In this document: positions 1 through 11,899 of the stretch, piece by piece
Position numbering within the stretch: the first letter of the stretch is position 1
How the letters are laid out: each line of letters opens with the position of its first letter
From: Heterodontus francisci
Taxonomy: Eukaryota
Assembly: GCF_036365525.1 (NCBI RefSeq)
Contig: NC_090380.1
Span: forward strand, 76,509,784-76,573,783
Direction: 5' to 3'
DNA length: 64,000 nucleotides
Made by a program: the position numbers and the translations under genes
The notes under the pieces: generated by a model
The model's database searches: none
Seen by the model: only the letters and a program-made list of their open reading frames with translations
Told to the model about the DNA's origin: nothing

Positions 1-20
1 ACTTCAGAATTCTTCATCAG

Positions 21-54
21 AAGTTCTGATGAAAAGTCACAGACCTGAAACATT
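21..54 (+). mobile_element. Penelope-like element terminal fragment, left piece, with hammerhead core; continues at 1730-1760 and 3553-3616
   Basis: TTCTGATGAAAAGTCACAGACCTGAAACATT joins ...AACTCGGTTTCTCTCTCCACAGATGCTG (about 1732-1760) and CTGAGTATTGCCAGCATTTTCTG...CAGATTTCCAGCATTCGCAG (3553-3616), rebuilding the repeat seen uninterrupted at 35285-35478 and 42038-42172. Confidence 0.7.
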
Positions 55-1728
55 GGACTGAAATTTCCCAGGTGGGTCTCAATCTCGATATCGGGATGAA
101 TCCAGGTCAGGAAGCTGGAAAGCCTTCTTCTTAGGCAGACCTTCAGGATTGAGGATGACTGGCTTCCACTCCGGTTCGATGAGTTCTGAGAAGGCTGATA
201 AGTCTAATGCGTGATCTGCAGACTCTGCCACATGAGGGGCAGGTGGTGCTTGAAGGGTCAGGTAGATGAGTAGTTTGGAGGTTTTGTGCGCTCCCTCCGA
301 TGCCTCGACTTTGCCTCCGCATCCGCATGTTCCTGATGAAGTCTCTCGAGGTGTACGATGCCTTCCTGAATGAGCTTTCTCCATTTAGGGCAGTCACGAA
401 CCAGGGACTCCCATGAGTTGATAGGGATGTTTGATCTCTTCAGGAATGCTTTGAGGACATCTCTAAAGCATTTCTGCTGTCCTCCTGGGAGCCTCCAGCC
501 ATGGCCAAGTTCTGAGTAGAACAGGTGTTTCATGAGTCTGGTGTCAGGCATTTGAATGGCATGTTCTGCCCAGTGGAGCTGGTTTTAGGTGATTAGCACT
601 CTGATGTTGGGCAGGTTGGAGAGGACGCTGCTGTTGGACTGCCTTTCTTGCCACTGGATTTGGAGGATCTTGCGGAGGCACCTCTGGTGGTACCTCTCCA
701 GTGCTTTGAGGTGCCTGCTGTAGGTTGTCCAAATCTCCGAAGCATATAGAAGCAGAGGGATCACTTCTGCCTGGTAAATCATGATCTTAATCTCAGGTTT
801 GAGATCCTGATCCTCAAATACTCCCTTCCTCAGTCAACCGAAGGCTGAGCGGCACATTAGAGGTTATGATGAACCTCATTGTCTATGCCGGCCTTCACCG
901 AGAGGTGACTCCCAAGATATGGAAAATGGTCCATATTTTCCAGGATCTCGCCATTGATTTTGATTGACAGGGGGCGATGTTGTGCTGTGGAAGCTGTTTG
1001 GAACAGAGCCTTCGTCTTCCAAGTGTTTAGTGAAAGACTCGTTTTCTCATATGCTTCGGAGAAGCAATGATCTGGAGCTGGAAGAGGCCGTGGAGGGAGG
1101 TGTACACAATCTCCCAGAGGCAGATTCTTAACTGGCTGCCTCCAGGAGCCTTGTCCAATTAAGGATAGTGGCTGAGTTTCAGCTTTAGAAGGTCCAATCA
1201 GCAGAGCCTGTGGATAGGGCTGCCAGCCGTCCTTGCAGTGTGGGTGATGCCTGGCCATCAGCAGGAGCATCAGCAATGCTATAGAGACTCCTTCAATGGG
1301 AAGGAAGTAGTTGACATTGCATTAGGGCAAGCATTAGCGCAGACATCAGTCTCCATGAAGTGGCTGTAAAGGCATTCCTGCTGCCTGGGGATAGATCTCT
1401 TTTGTGAATTACTGCTGGCAAATAAATTAAAACCCTCAAATGTATCGCAGCCCAGAGCTCCCGCTGCGAAGCTGCCTCTGATCCATTTTTGGGTGCACCA
1501 TCGGGAAGATCTCTTGCAGCCTTCAAAATTGAACATATATGACTTGTTACCATCTTCAAATGGATTCCTGCTGCTGACGGGTGGGTTGCTCTTAAACCCA
1601 TTCATCCATCTCTGGGAAAAGCGCACATTGGCGGAACACATCAGGGAGCCATCTGATGCGCATCTTTTCAAATTTTCTTATGCCCCCACCTCCAAAGCCA
1701 CCTCTGTGAGCCTGGGAAAATTCAACCC
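55..1728. mobile_element. PIF/Harbinger-type non-autonomous DNA element (MITE) hosting an RTE insertion
   Basis: TIRs GGACTGAAATTTCCCAGG (55-72) and CCTGGGAAAATTCAACCC (1711-1728), 15/18 match; imperfect 3-bp TSD ATT/CTT; interrupts a Penelope fragment cleanly. Confidence 0.65.
80..1065 (-). mobile_element. RTE-clade LINE, 3' part, degenerate
   Basis: Frameshifted peptides FPYLGS, LLYASEIWT..LERYHQRCLRKILQIQWQ, MPDTRL..LFYSEL..GGQ.K.F.D.LK and C-terminal CPSCGRVC.SRI.L.S..RTH, typical of RTE ORF ends. Confidence 0.85.
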
Positions 1729-1760
1729 CTTAACTCGGTTTCTCTCTCCACAGATGCTGG

Positions 1761-3552
1761 GTAGGCCAGCATTTATTGCTTATCCCTAATTGCCCTTGAG
1801 AAGGTGGTGGTGAGCTGCCTCCTTGAACCGCTGCAGTCCATGTGGGGTCCATGTCCAGTCCAAGTCCAGTGCTGTTAGGAAGGGAGTTCCAGGATTTTGA
1901 CCCAGCGACAGTGGAAGAACAGTGTTATAGTTCCAAGTCAGGATGATGTGTGGCTTGGAGGGGAACTTGCAGGTGGTGGTGTTCCCATACATCGGCTGCC
2001 CTTGTTCTTCTAGGTGGTAGAGGTCACAGGTTTGGAAGGTGCTGTTTAAGGAGCCTTGGTGCATTGCTGCAGTAGATGGTACAAACTGCTGCCACTGTGC
2101 GTCAGTGGTGGAGGGAGTGAATGTTTGTAGATGGGGTGCCAATCAAGCGGGCTGTTTGTCCTGGATGGTGTCGAGCTTCTTGAGTGTTGTTGGAGCTGCA
2201 CCCGTCCAGGCAAGTGGAGAGTATTCCATCACACTCCTGACTTGTGCCTTGTAGATGGTGGACAGGCTTTGGGTAGTCAGGAGGTGAGTTACTTGCCGTG
2301 GGATTCCTAGCCTCTAACCTGCCCTTGTAGACACAGTATTTATATGGCTACTCCAGTTCAGTTTCTGGTCAATGATAACCCCCAGGATGTTGATAGTGGG
2401 AGATTCAACGATGGTAATGCCATTGAACGTCAAGGGGAGATGGTCAGATTCTCTCTTGTTGGAGATGGTCATTGCCTGGCATTTGTGTGGCGTGAATGTT
2501 ACTTGCCACTTATCAGTCCAAGCCTGAATACTGTCCAGGTCTTGCTGCATTTGGACACAAAATGCTTCAGTATCTGAGGAGTCGCGAATGGTACTGAACA
2601 TTGTGCAATCATCAGCGAACATCCCCACTTCTGACCTTATGGTTCAAGGCAGGTCATTGATGAAACAGCTGAAGATGGTTGGGCCTAGGACACTACCCTG
2701 AGGAACTCCTGCAGTGATGTCCTGGAGCTGAGATGATTGACCTCCAACAACCACAACCATTCTCCTTTGTGCTAGGTATGACTCCAACCAGTGGAGAGTT
2801 TTCCCCCTGATTCCCACTGACTCCAGTTTTGCTAGGGCTCCTTGATGCCATTTTCGGTCAAGTGCTGCCTTGATGTCAAGGACAGTCACTTTCACCTCAC
2901 CCCTTGAGTTCAGCTCTTTTGCCCATGTTTGAACAAAGGCTGTAATGAGGTCAGGAACTGAGTGGCCCTGGCGAAACCCAAACTGAGCGTCAGTGAGTAG
3001 GTTATTGCTAAGCAAGCGCCGCTAGATAGCAATGTCGACGACACCTTGCATCACTTTGCTGATGATTGAGAGTAGACTGATGGGCGGTAATGGTCGAGTT
3101 GGACTTGTCCTGCTTTTTGTGTACAGGTCATACCTGGGCAATTTTCCACATTGCCAGGTAGATGCCAGTGTTGTAACTGTACTGTAACAGCTTGGCTAGG
3201 GGCCCGGCCAGTTCTGGAGCACAGGTCTTCAGTACTATTGCCGGAATGTTGTCAGGGCCCAAAGCCTTTGCAGTATCCAGTGCCTTCAGTCATTTCTTGA
3301 TATCACGTGGATTGAATCGGATTGGCTGAAGACTGGCATCTGTGACGCTGGGGACATCAGGACGAGGTCGAGATGGATCATCAACCCGGCACTTCTGGCT
3401 GAAGATTGTTGCAAATGCTTCAGCCTTAATTTTGCATCGATTTGCTGGGCTCCCCCATCATTGAGGGTGGGGATATTTGTGGAGCCACCACCTCCAGTTA
3501 GTTGTTTAATTGTCCACCACCATTCACGACTGGATGTGGCAGGACTGCAGGG
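1761..3552 (-). mobile_element. CR1-clade LINE family B, 5'-truncated RT region plus 3' UTR
   Basis: QFGFRQGHS, GVPQGSVLGP, FADD, QQDLD.IQAW.DKWQVTF; 3' end GGGCAATTAGGGAT..GCAATAAATGCTGGCC shared with copies at 24 kb and 62 kb. Confidence 0.9.
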
Positions 3553-3852
3553 CTGAGTATTGCCAGCATTTTCTGTTTTTTTTCAGATTTCCAGCATTCG
3601 CAGTATTTTACTTTTGCATTACTGCCCCACTTCTGGTTTGGCTAACACATGATTCAAAAGGCTAGGTTATGCAGTGACAAGATATGCTCCTCATTGCCAC
3701 TGGGCCCAAAATCAGTAAGTCATACCCCCATTGACAGCTGCAGCCTTCCTTGTGCTCAGGTGGGCCTCCAATTGTGCTTGGAAGCCTTGTCCCTGCTCTT
3801 ATGCCCCCACGATGTCAGGAGGATGATGACCTCCTGCACTGCTGGAGCTCTT

Positions 3853-4032
3853 TCTTTCTTTCTTTGGCCTCCTTGTCTCGAGACAATGGGTAAGCGCCTG
3901 GAGGTGGTCAGTGGTTTGTGAAGCAGCGCCTGGAGTGGCTATAAAGGCCAATTCTAGAGTGGCAGACTTTTCCACAGGTGCTGCAGATAAAATTGGGTGA
4001 CAGGGCTGTTACGCAGTTGGCTCTCTCCTTGC
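3853..4032 (-). mobile_element. RTE LINE extreme 3' end, strongly 5'-truncated copy
   Basis: Minus strand encodes CSTCG..CHSRIGLYSHSRRC; (AAAG)-type tail; 12-bp TSD GCTGGAGCTCTT at 3841-3852 and 4033-4044; near-identical copy at 47672-47956. Confidence 0.85.
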
Positions 4033-4294
4033 GCTGGAGCTCTTACTGCTTATTCAATTGACCACCAGTACTGACTCAATGTCACTTATCTCCAAATGGG
4101 CGAGTCCCCCTCTGCACCATTCACCTTTTATGGGGCCCAACTAATTCACTGGGGTGGTCATGACTGGCTACCCAATGTGTGTCTGCATTCATTCAGCTGA
4201 TCTGCCCCAGACAGTGTGTGCAGCCCGTCCACCCAATGAAAATCACAACAAGCTCAACCAGCTTAATTGGCCTTAATCATGGAGTGGGCAGGAT

Positions 4295-5717
4295 CAAAAA
4301 GGGAGGTAGAGAGAAAGCAGGGAATTAAAGACCAGTCAGCCTGGCGTCGGTAGTGGGGAACATTCTATAGTCCATTATCAAAGATTTTATAGCAGAGCAC
4401 TTGGAGAACGGTGGTAGAATCAGACAGAGTCAGAATGAGTTTACAAAAGTGAAATCATGCTTGACAAATCTACTAGAATTCTTCGAGGATGTAACTAGTA
4501 GAGTTGATGAGGGGGAGCCAGTGGATGTGGTTTATTTGGACTTTCAGAAGGCCTTCGACAAAGTCCCACATAAAAGATTAGCGTGTAAAATTAAAGCGCA
4601 TGGGATTGGGGGTAGTGTATTGCGATGGATAGAAAATTGGTTGGCGGACAGGGAACAAAGAGTAGGGATAAATGGGTCTTTTTCCGAATGGCAGGCAGTG
4701 ACTAGTGGGGTACCGCAGGGATCAGTGCTAGGACCCCAGCTATTCACAATATACATTAATGATTTAGATGAAGGAACTAAATGTAATATCTCCAAATTTG
4801 CAGATGACACAAAACTGGGTGGGAGGGTGAGTTGTGAGGAGGATGCAGAGAGGCTTCAGGGTGATTTGGACAAGTTGAGTGAGTGGGCAAATACATGGCA
4901 GATGCAGTATAATGTGGATAAATGTGAGGTTATCCACTTTGGTAGCAAAAACAGGAAGACAGATTATTATCTGAATGGCTACAAACTGAGAGAGGGGAAT
5001 ATGCAGCGAGACCTGGGTGTTCTCGTACACCAGTCGCTGAAGGTAAGCATGCAGGTGCAACAGGCGGTAAAAAAGGCAAATAGTATGTTGGCCTTCATAG
5101 CGAGAGGGTTCCAGTACAGAAGCAGGGATGTCTTGCTGCAATTATACAGGGCCTTGGTGAGGCCACACCTGGAATATTGTGTGAGTTTTAGTTATATGAG
5201 GAAAGTTATATGAGGAAAGATGTTCTTGCTATAGAGGGAGTGCAGCGAAGGTTTACCAGACTAATTCCTGGGATGGCAGGACTGTCATATGAGGACAGAT
5301 TGAGTCGGTTAGGATTATATTCGCTGGAGTTCAGAAGAGTGAGGGGGGGAATCTCATAGAAACCTATAAAATTCGAACAGGACTTGACAGGGTAGATGCA
5401 GGAAGGATGTTCCCGATGTTGGGGGTCATAGTCTAAGGATACGGGGTAAACCTCTCAGGACTGAGATGAGGAGAAATTTCTTCACCCAGAGAGTAGTGAG
5501 CCTGTGGAATTCGCTACCACAGAAAGCAGTTGAGTCCAAAACATTGAATGTTTTCAAAAAGGAGTTAGATATAGCTCTTGGGTCTAAAGGGATCAAAGGG
5601 TATGGGGCGAAAGCGGTTACTGAGTTGGATGATCAGCCGTGATCATAATGAATGGCAGAGCAGGCTCGAAGGGCCAAATGGTATACTCCTGCTCCTATTT
5701 TCTATGTTTCCATGTTT
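4295..5717 (+). mobile_element. CR1 LINE, 5'-truncated (RT plus 3' UTR)
   Basis: 270-aa ORF with KSCLTNLLEFFE, YLDFQKAFDKVPH, GVPQGSVLGP, FADDTK, RPHLEYC; ends in (CTATGTTT)-like tail. Confidence 0.95.
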
Positions 5718-5720
5718 ACA

Positions 5721-5860
5721 GGGCTGCCTTTCCCCAGTCCTGATGAAAATGGCTGGCGCTGGGAACAGCGTTGGGAAACTGGCATGCTAGCCAGCTCCGA
5801 TATTTTTGACCCCTTCCAGCCTCCTTTCACACCCCTTGGGGGACCCAAAAAATCAGCCCC
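5721..5860. mobile_element. Short internally deleted Harbinger-type MITE
   Basis: Termini GGGCTG ... AAAATCAGCCC resemble the GGGCTGGATTTT family; no clean TSD. Confidence 0.35.
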
Positions 5861-6114
5861 TAAAATAAAAGCAGAAAATGTTTGAAATACACAACAGATC
5901 AGTGAGCATCTTAAAGCGAAAAGACACGTTTCATGCATGCATACTTGTAGCACCGTGGAGATAATTTCTTGCACTGACATAAAGATTGATGTCTCAGTGT
6001 TCATTTTTAATGATCAAGCCTACAGGTAGGGCTTGAGTCATCAAACTGGCTGTGTAGATTTCAGCAGGTAACCATCAGAACCAAATGAAAAATACTAGTT
6101 TGCATGTTTGCATG

Positions 6115-9100
6115 GAGTGAGGCTGTAAGTTAAGTGTGGGTATTTTTGTTGGCTGGGGGCGGTGGTAGGTGCTCTTTGCTCTTTTTCTTTCTCAGCCTCA
6201 AAGGTACAGGGGATAAAAGTTGATTGTAAATAGCTGGTAAATTATTACACTAACAAGTTTTTTTTCTCATTGTAACAGTAAGTAATGGCGGGGCATCTTG
6301 GCCAAACGGAATGTACCTCCTGTGCAATGTGGGAAGTCATGGAAGTGCCATGGGACCTTGGTGAACATGTCTGCAGAAAGTGTCTCCGGTTGCAGAAGCT
6401 TGAGCTTCGGGTTTTGGAGCTCGAGCCGCGGCTGAAGTCACTATGGCGCATCCGTGAGGTGGAGGACTACGTGGATGGCATGTTTCAGGAGGTAGTCAAG
6501 CCGGTGCCTAGGCGAGCACAGTCGGGGGGTGACTTGGTGGATGCCGGGTGGGCGAAGAAGTCAGGGCAGGTAGTGCAGGAGTCCCCAGAGGATAACCCAC
6601 TTTCTAACTGGTATTCAGTTCTGAGTACCAATGGGGGAGAGGGTTCCTCTGGTGAATGCATCGAGTGTCATGACCGGAATGTCATGGCTGACTCAGCTGT
6701 GCTGGGATGGAGAAAAAGGGACAAAAGGGCAATAGTGGTAGGGGATTCTATGGTTAGAGGAACAGATGGCGTTTCTGTGGTCGCAGACATGATTCCAGGA
6801 TGGTATGTTGCCTTCCTGGTGTAAGGGTCTTGGATATCACTGAGCGGCTACAAAGTATTCTGGAGGGTGAGGGTGCACAGCCGAAGGTCGTGGTCCACGT
6901 TGGTACCAATGACATAGGTCCTGCAAAAAGAATTTAGGGAGCTAGGCAGTAGATTAAAAAGTAGGACCTCAAAGGTTGTAATCTCTGGGTTTCTTCCAGT
7001 GCCACGGGCTAGTGAGTATATGAATAGGAGGTTAGAGCAGATGAATGCATGGTTGGGGAGATGGTGCAGGAGGGAGGGCTTTAGATTCTTGGATCACTGG
7101 GCCTGTTTCTGGTGAAGATGGGATCTGTATAAGATGGACAGGTTGTACCTGAACCAGAACGGGACCAGCATCCTTGCTGGGAGGTTTGCTACTGATGTTG
7201 TGGGGTTGGGGGGGGGGGGGGGGGGTTTAAACTAATTTGGCAGGGGGATGGGATACAGAGCGGAAGCACAGTAGGGGGTGATGTACAATCAAATATAAAT
7301 GTGAAGCTAAGTCAGTCCAGAGGACAGAATAAATGTAGATCTGCTAAGGCTCAGGCAAATAATGCAAGGCTGGATTTTAATGCAAGGAGTCTGATTAGTA
7401 AGGCAGATGAATTGAGGGCATTGATTAACACATGGGAATGATATTATTGCTATTACTGAGACATGGTTGAGGGAAAGGCAGGACTGGCAGCTTAATATCC
7501 CAGGGTATAGAATCTTCAGACGTGATAGGGGAGGGGGGTAAAAGAGGAGGTGGCATTGCACTGTTGATTAAAGAGTCAATTACTTCAGTAGGGAGGGATG
7601 ATATCTTAGAAGGTTCCTCTAATGAGTCCATATGGATAGAATTTAAAAACAAAAAGGGGGCTATCACTTGGCTGGGAGTGTACTACAGGCCTTCAAACAG
7701 TCAGGGAGAGATAGAGGAGCAGATATGTAAGCAAATCTCAGAAAGGTGCAAAAATAATAGGGTAATAATAGTAGGGGATTTCAACTTCTCCTATATTAGA
7801 GGGGATAGTATTAGTGCAAAAAGCTTAAAAGGGGCGGAATTCTTCAAGTGCATTCAGGAGAGCTTTTTGAACCAGCACGTAGAGAGTCCTACAAGAGGAG
7901 GAGCGGTACTAGACTTAATCCTCGGGAATGAAGCCAGACAAGTGGTAGAAGTGGCAGTGGGGGAGCATTTTGGGGATAGTGACCATAACGCTGTAAGATT
8001 TAAGATTGTTACGGAAAAGGACTTAGAGGGTCCGGAAATAAGAGTACTGAATTGGGGGAAGACAGATTTCAATATGATAAAACAGGATCTGGCCAAAGTG
8101 AACTGGGAACAGCTTCTTATAGGAAAGTCTACATCAGACCAGTGGGAGTCATTTAGAAGGGAAATTATGAGGGTTCAGGTGCAGCATGTTCTTGTAAAAG
8201 TGAAGTAGGACTAACAACTCAAAGGACCCTGGATGTCAAGGGATATAGAGGATTGGATAAGGAAAAAAAAGGAGGCGTATGACAGATTCAGAGTGCTGAA
8301 AACAGCGAACGCCCTAGAGGAATATAGAAAGTGTAGGGGAGTACTTAAAAAACTAATTAGGAGAGCGAAGAGAGGGCATGAAAAATTACTGGTAGAAAAG
8401 ATAAAGGAAAATCCCAAGGTGTTTTATAAGTATGTTAGGGGCAAGAGGATAACCAGGGAAAAAGTGGGGCCCATTAGGGATCAAAGAGGCAATCTGTGTG
8501 TGGAGCCGGAGGACATAGGTGAGGTTTTGAACGATTATTTTTCATTTGTGTTCACTATGGAGAGGGACGATGTAGGTGTAGGGATCAGGGAAGGGGATTG
8601 TGATATACTTGATCAAATTAGCATTGAAAAGGAGGAAGTATTCGCTGTATTAGCGGACTTGAAGGCGGATAAATCCCCAGACCCAGATGAGATGTATCCC
8701 AGGCTGCTATGTGAGGCAAGGGAGGAGATTGCAGGGGCTCTGACACAAATTTTCAGATCCTCTCTGGCCACAGGACAGGTACCAGAGGATTGGAGGACAG
8801 CAAATGTGGTACCATTATTTAAGAAGGGTAGCAGGGATAAACCAGGTAATTACAGGCTGGTGAGTCTAACATCAGTGGTAGGGAAATTATTGGAAAAATT
8901 CTGAGAGACAGGATTAATCTCCACTTGGAAAGGCAGGGATTAATCAGGGATAGTCAGCATGGCTTTGTCAAGGGGAGATCGTGTCTAACAAATTTGACTG
9001 AATTTTTCGAGGAGGTGAATAGATGTGTAGATGAGGGTAAAGTAGTTGATGTAGTCTACATGGACTTCAGTAAGGCTTTTGATAAGGTCCCGCATGGGAG

Positions 9101-10231
9101 ATTGGTTAAGAAAGTAAAGGCCCATGGAAACCAGGGTAATTTGGCAAATTGGATTCAAAATTGGCTTAGTGGAAGGAGGCAGAGGGTGATGGTCGAGGGT
9201 TGTTTTTGCGAGTGGAAGCCTGTGACCAGTGGCGTACCACAGAGATCGGTGCTGGGACCCTTACTGTTTGTAGTGTACATTAATGATTTAGACATGAATA
9301 TAGGAGGTATGATCAGTAAGGTCGCAGATGACACGAAAATTGGTGGTATCGTAAATAGCGAGGAGGAAAGCCTTAGATTACAGGACGATATAGATGGGCA
9401 GAGCAGTGGCAAATGGAATTTAATCCTGATAAGTGTGAGGTGATGCATTTTGGGAGGTCTAACAAGGCAATGGAATATACAATGGATGGTAGGACTCTAG
9501 GGAGTACAGAGGGTCAGAGGGACCTTGGGGTGCTTGTCCATAGATCACTGAAGGCAGCAGCACAGGTAGATAAGGTGGTTAGGAAGGCATATGCGATACT
9601 TGCCCTTATTAGCCGAGGCATAGAATATAAAATCAGGGAGGTTATGGTGGAGCTGTATAAAACGCTGGTTGGGCCACAGTTGGAGTACTGTGTACAGTTC
9701 TGGTCACCACACTACAGGAAGGATGTGATTACAATGGAGAGGATGCAGAGGAGATTCACCAGGATGTTGCCTGGGATGGAGCATTTCAGTTATGAAGACA
9801 GACTAGATAGGCTGGGGTTGTTTTCCTTGGAGTGGAGAAGACTGAGGGAGGACCTGATTGAGGTATACAAAATTATAAAGGGCATTGATAGGATAGCTTG
9901 GAAGAAACTTTTCCCTTTAGTGGAGAGGTCAATAACTAGTGGGCATAGATTTAAGGTAAGGGGCAGGAGGTTTAGAGGGGAGTTGAGGAATTGTTTCATC
10001 GAGAGGGTGGTTGGAATCTTGAACGCACTGCCTGAAGGGGTGGTAGAGGCAGGAATACTCATGACATTCAAGAAATATCTAGATGAGCACTTGAAACGCC
10101 ATAACATACAAGGCTACGGGCCAAGTCCGGGGAAATGGGATTAGTTAGGACGGGTGCTTGATGGTCGGTGCAGGCATGTCAGGCCGAAGGGCCTGTTTCT
10201 GTGCTGTAAAACTCTATGACTCTATGACTCT
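6115..10231 (+). mobile_element. Near full-length CR1 LINE (ORF1 zinc finger/coiled coil/esterase; ORF2 APE plus RT), frameshifted; antisense in HGD intron 2
   Basis: ORF1 from ATG 6285: CTSCAMWE..CRKC, AIVVGDSMVRG, VVVHVGTND, stop 7233-7235. ORF2: NARS, ITETW, VGDFN, GDSDHN, QHGF..GRSCLTNL, YMDFSKAFDKVPH, ADDTK. (CTATGACT)n tail. 5' boundary approximate. Confidence 0.95.
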
Positions 10232-10275
10232 AAGCTTACTGCAGGCGACAAACAGGTGGGAGAATTGTACAGTAC

Positions 10276-10347
10276 CTGACCCTTTGGTAAGGACCCAGGA
10301 CAGCATGGATCTTCTGAAGAAAATTCATTGCCAAATCCTGACATGTA
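10276..10347 (-). CDS. HGD: Homogentisate 1,2-dioxygenase, coding exon 2 ([24 protein letters not shown])
   Basis: 72-nt phase-0 exon flanked by ccttttccag and gtactg; peptide matches the vertebrate HGD N-terminus (human [24 protein letters not shown]). Confidence 0.95.
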
Positions 10348-11004
10348 CTGGAAAAGGATAGACAGTAAACAGTCAGTAATGTGTCATTTTGGTATTCTTG
10401 TAAAACAAGAAAATGGCTGATTTGCACCAAATAATACTGCGACAGAGTAAAAGATGTCTTGGTTTTCTTCTTGGAATGGTGTCTATACAAACATCTGATT
10501 CAACAGCTCAATAACTTCAAATATTTTTTTTAAATTTCAGAATAATGCCTTAAATATTCCAACAAAAATATATATACGAGATGTGTTTATGTATCCATAA
10601 ATACCAGCTTACTTCATTCATTCGTTGGCATCATCTTCCCAGAAGGTTGATTGCCATGGATCTCCATCTGTCTGTCCTGTGCTGCTCTTACACATTCCAC
10701 AACTGCATCCAGCCCATTACATGTCATCCATTTTCTCCTCTGCTTCTGTCGATCTTTCCTTCCAATAATTGTCTCTGTCTCCCTTCTGCTCTAATGATGT
10801 GACTGAAATATATCTTTCTCTCTTTGATGTTATACACTAATTTCCTCTTTTCTCCAGTCATTTCCAGAACTTCCTCAACAGGCTTACTATTATAGTAATT
10901 TAAAATTTATTTTTCAACAGGTTCTACTTATTGTCCTACTTGAGTAAGGTCAGTTTCATCAGGCTTGTCTCAACATATGTATCTCATCTTTTCTATCCGT
11001 TAAA

Positions 11005-11445
11005 AAAATGTACAATGATTATACCAGAATTGAGAGGTTATAACAATTAAGAAAGTTTGAACAGGCTGGAAATCTATTCTCTAAAAAAAAGATTCAGGAG
11101 TAATCTAACAGAGGTCTTTAAAATTATGGACAGGGTTTTATAGGGTAGATGTAGAGAAGCTGTTTTCACTTGTGGGGGAATCCAAAACTAGAAGCCATAA
11201 ATATGATAGTCACTAATAAATCCAATAAGGCATTCAGAAGAAACTTCTTCCCCAGAGAATGTTTAGAATGTGGAGTAGCATAAATGCATTGAAGGCGAAA
11301 CTCAATAAACACATAAGGGTGAAAAGAATAGGTTATGCTGATGGTGTTAGGTGAAGTCAGGTAGGAGGAGGCTCATGTGGAGCATGAATACCAGCTTGGA
11401 CCAGTTGGGCTGAAGACCTGTTTCTGTGCTGTAGACTCTATGTTA
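11005..11445 (+). mobile_element. Old CR1 3' fragment
   Basis: Degenerate match to the CR1 3' region ending GGGCTGAAGACCTGTTTCTGTGCTGTAGACTCTATG. Confidence 0.75.
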
Positions 11446-11899
11446 GGTAATTCTGTGTATCAGAGTTGGGCTGCTTGAAGGTCTTTTCTCATTCTCATGA
11501 ATAACTAGGAACGACATAAGAGTACTATCAAGACTGTTATTAGAACTAGCAATAGAACTAGAACTAAACTAAGATAAAGACAGGGATTGAAAACTGAAAA
11601 GTGAATTTTAGTTCAAAAACACAATCTTGAATATCCTCAATTTTCTTAGAAACTTCTTCAGTTCTATTGATTCTATTGAGAAGCGATCTACTCTTCTGGT
11701 GTTAATTACCTCATGTAATCCTGTTGGTATCGCTGATGACCTCCGTATCAATAAAGCAGCTGCACTTAGAAATGCCAAGTTTCTCGCTTACGCTCTTGTT
11801 TTACTTATTTTCTTTCTATCCCTCCTAGATCCCTCTCTCCAAACATCATGCCTCCAATTCATTTATCCCTGCTCAGGTACTCTTCCCTCCCAAATCCCT

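Noticed and set aside
1279-1789. Overlapping 98-130 aa ORFs as a possible novel gene or transposase
   Set aside because: They lie inside a TIR element, show no recognisable DDE or Myb motifs and have no supporting splice structure.
4544-5141. Antisense ORFs over CR1 RT regions (also 9155-10107, 37795-38369)
   Set aside because: Shadow frames of LINE coding sequence.
1-10270. HGD exon 3
   Set aside because: No NNPQ.CPY.LYAEQLSG-like coding sequence found; it presumably lies left of the window.
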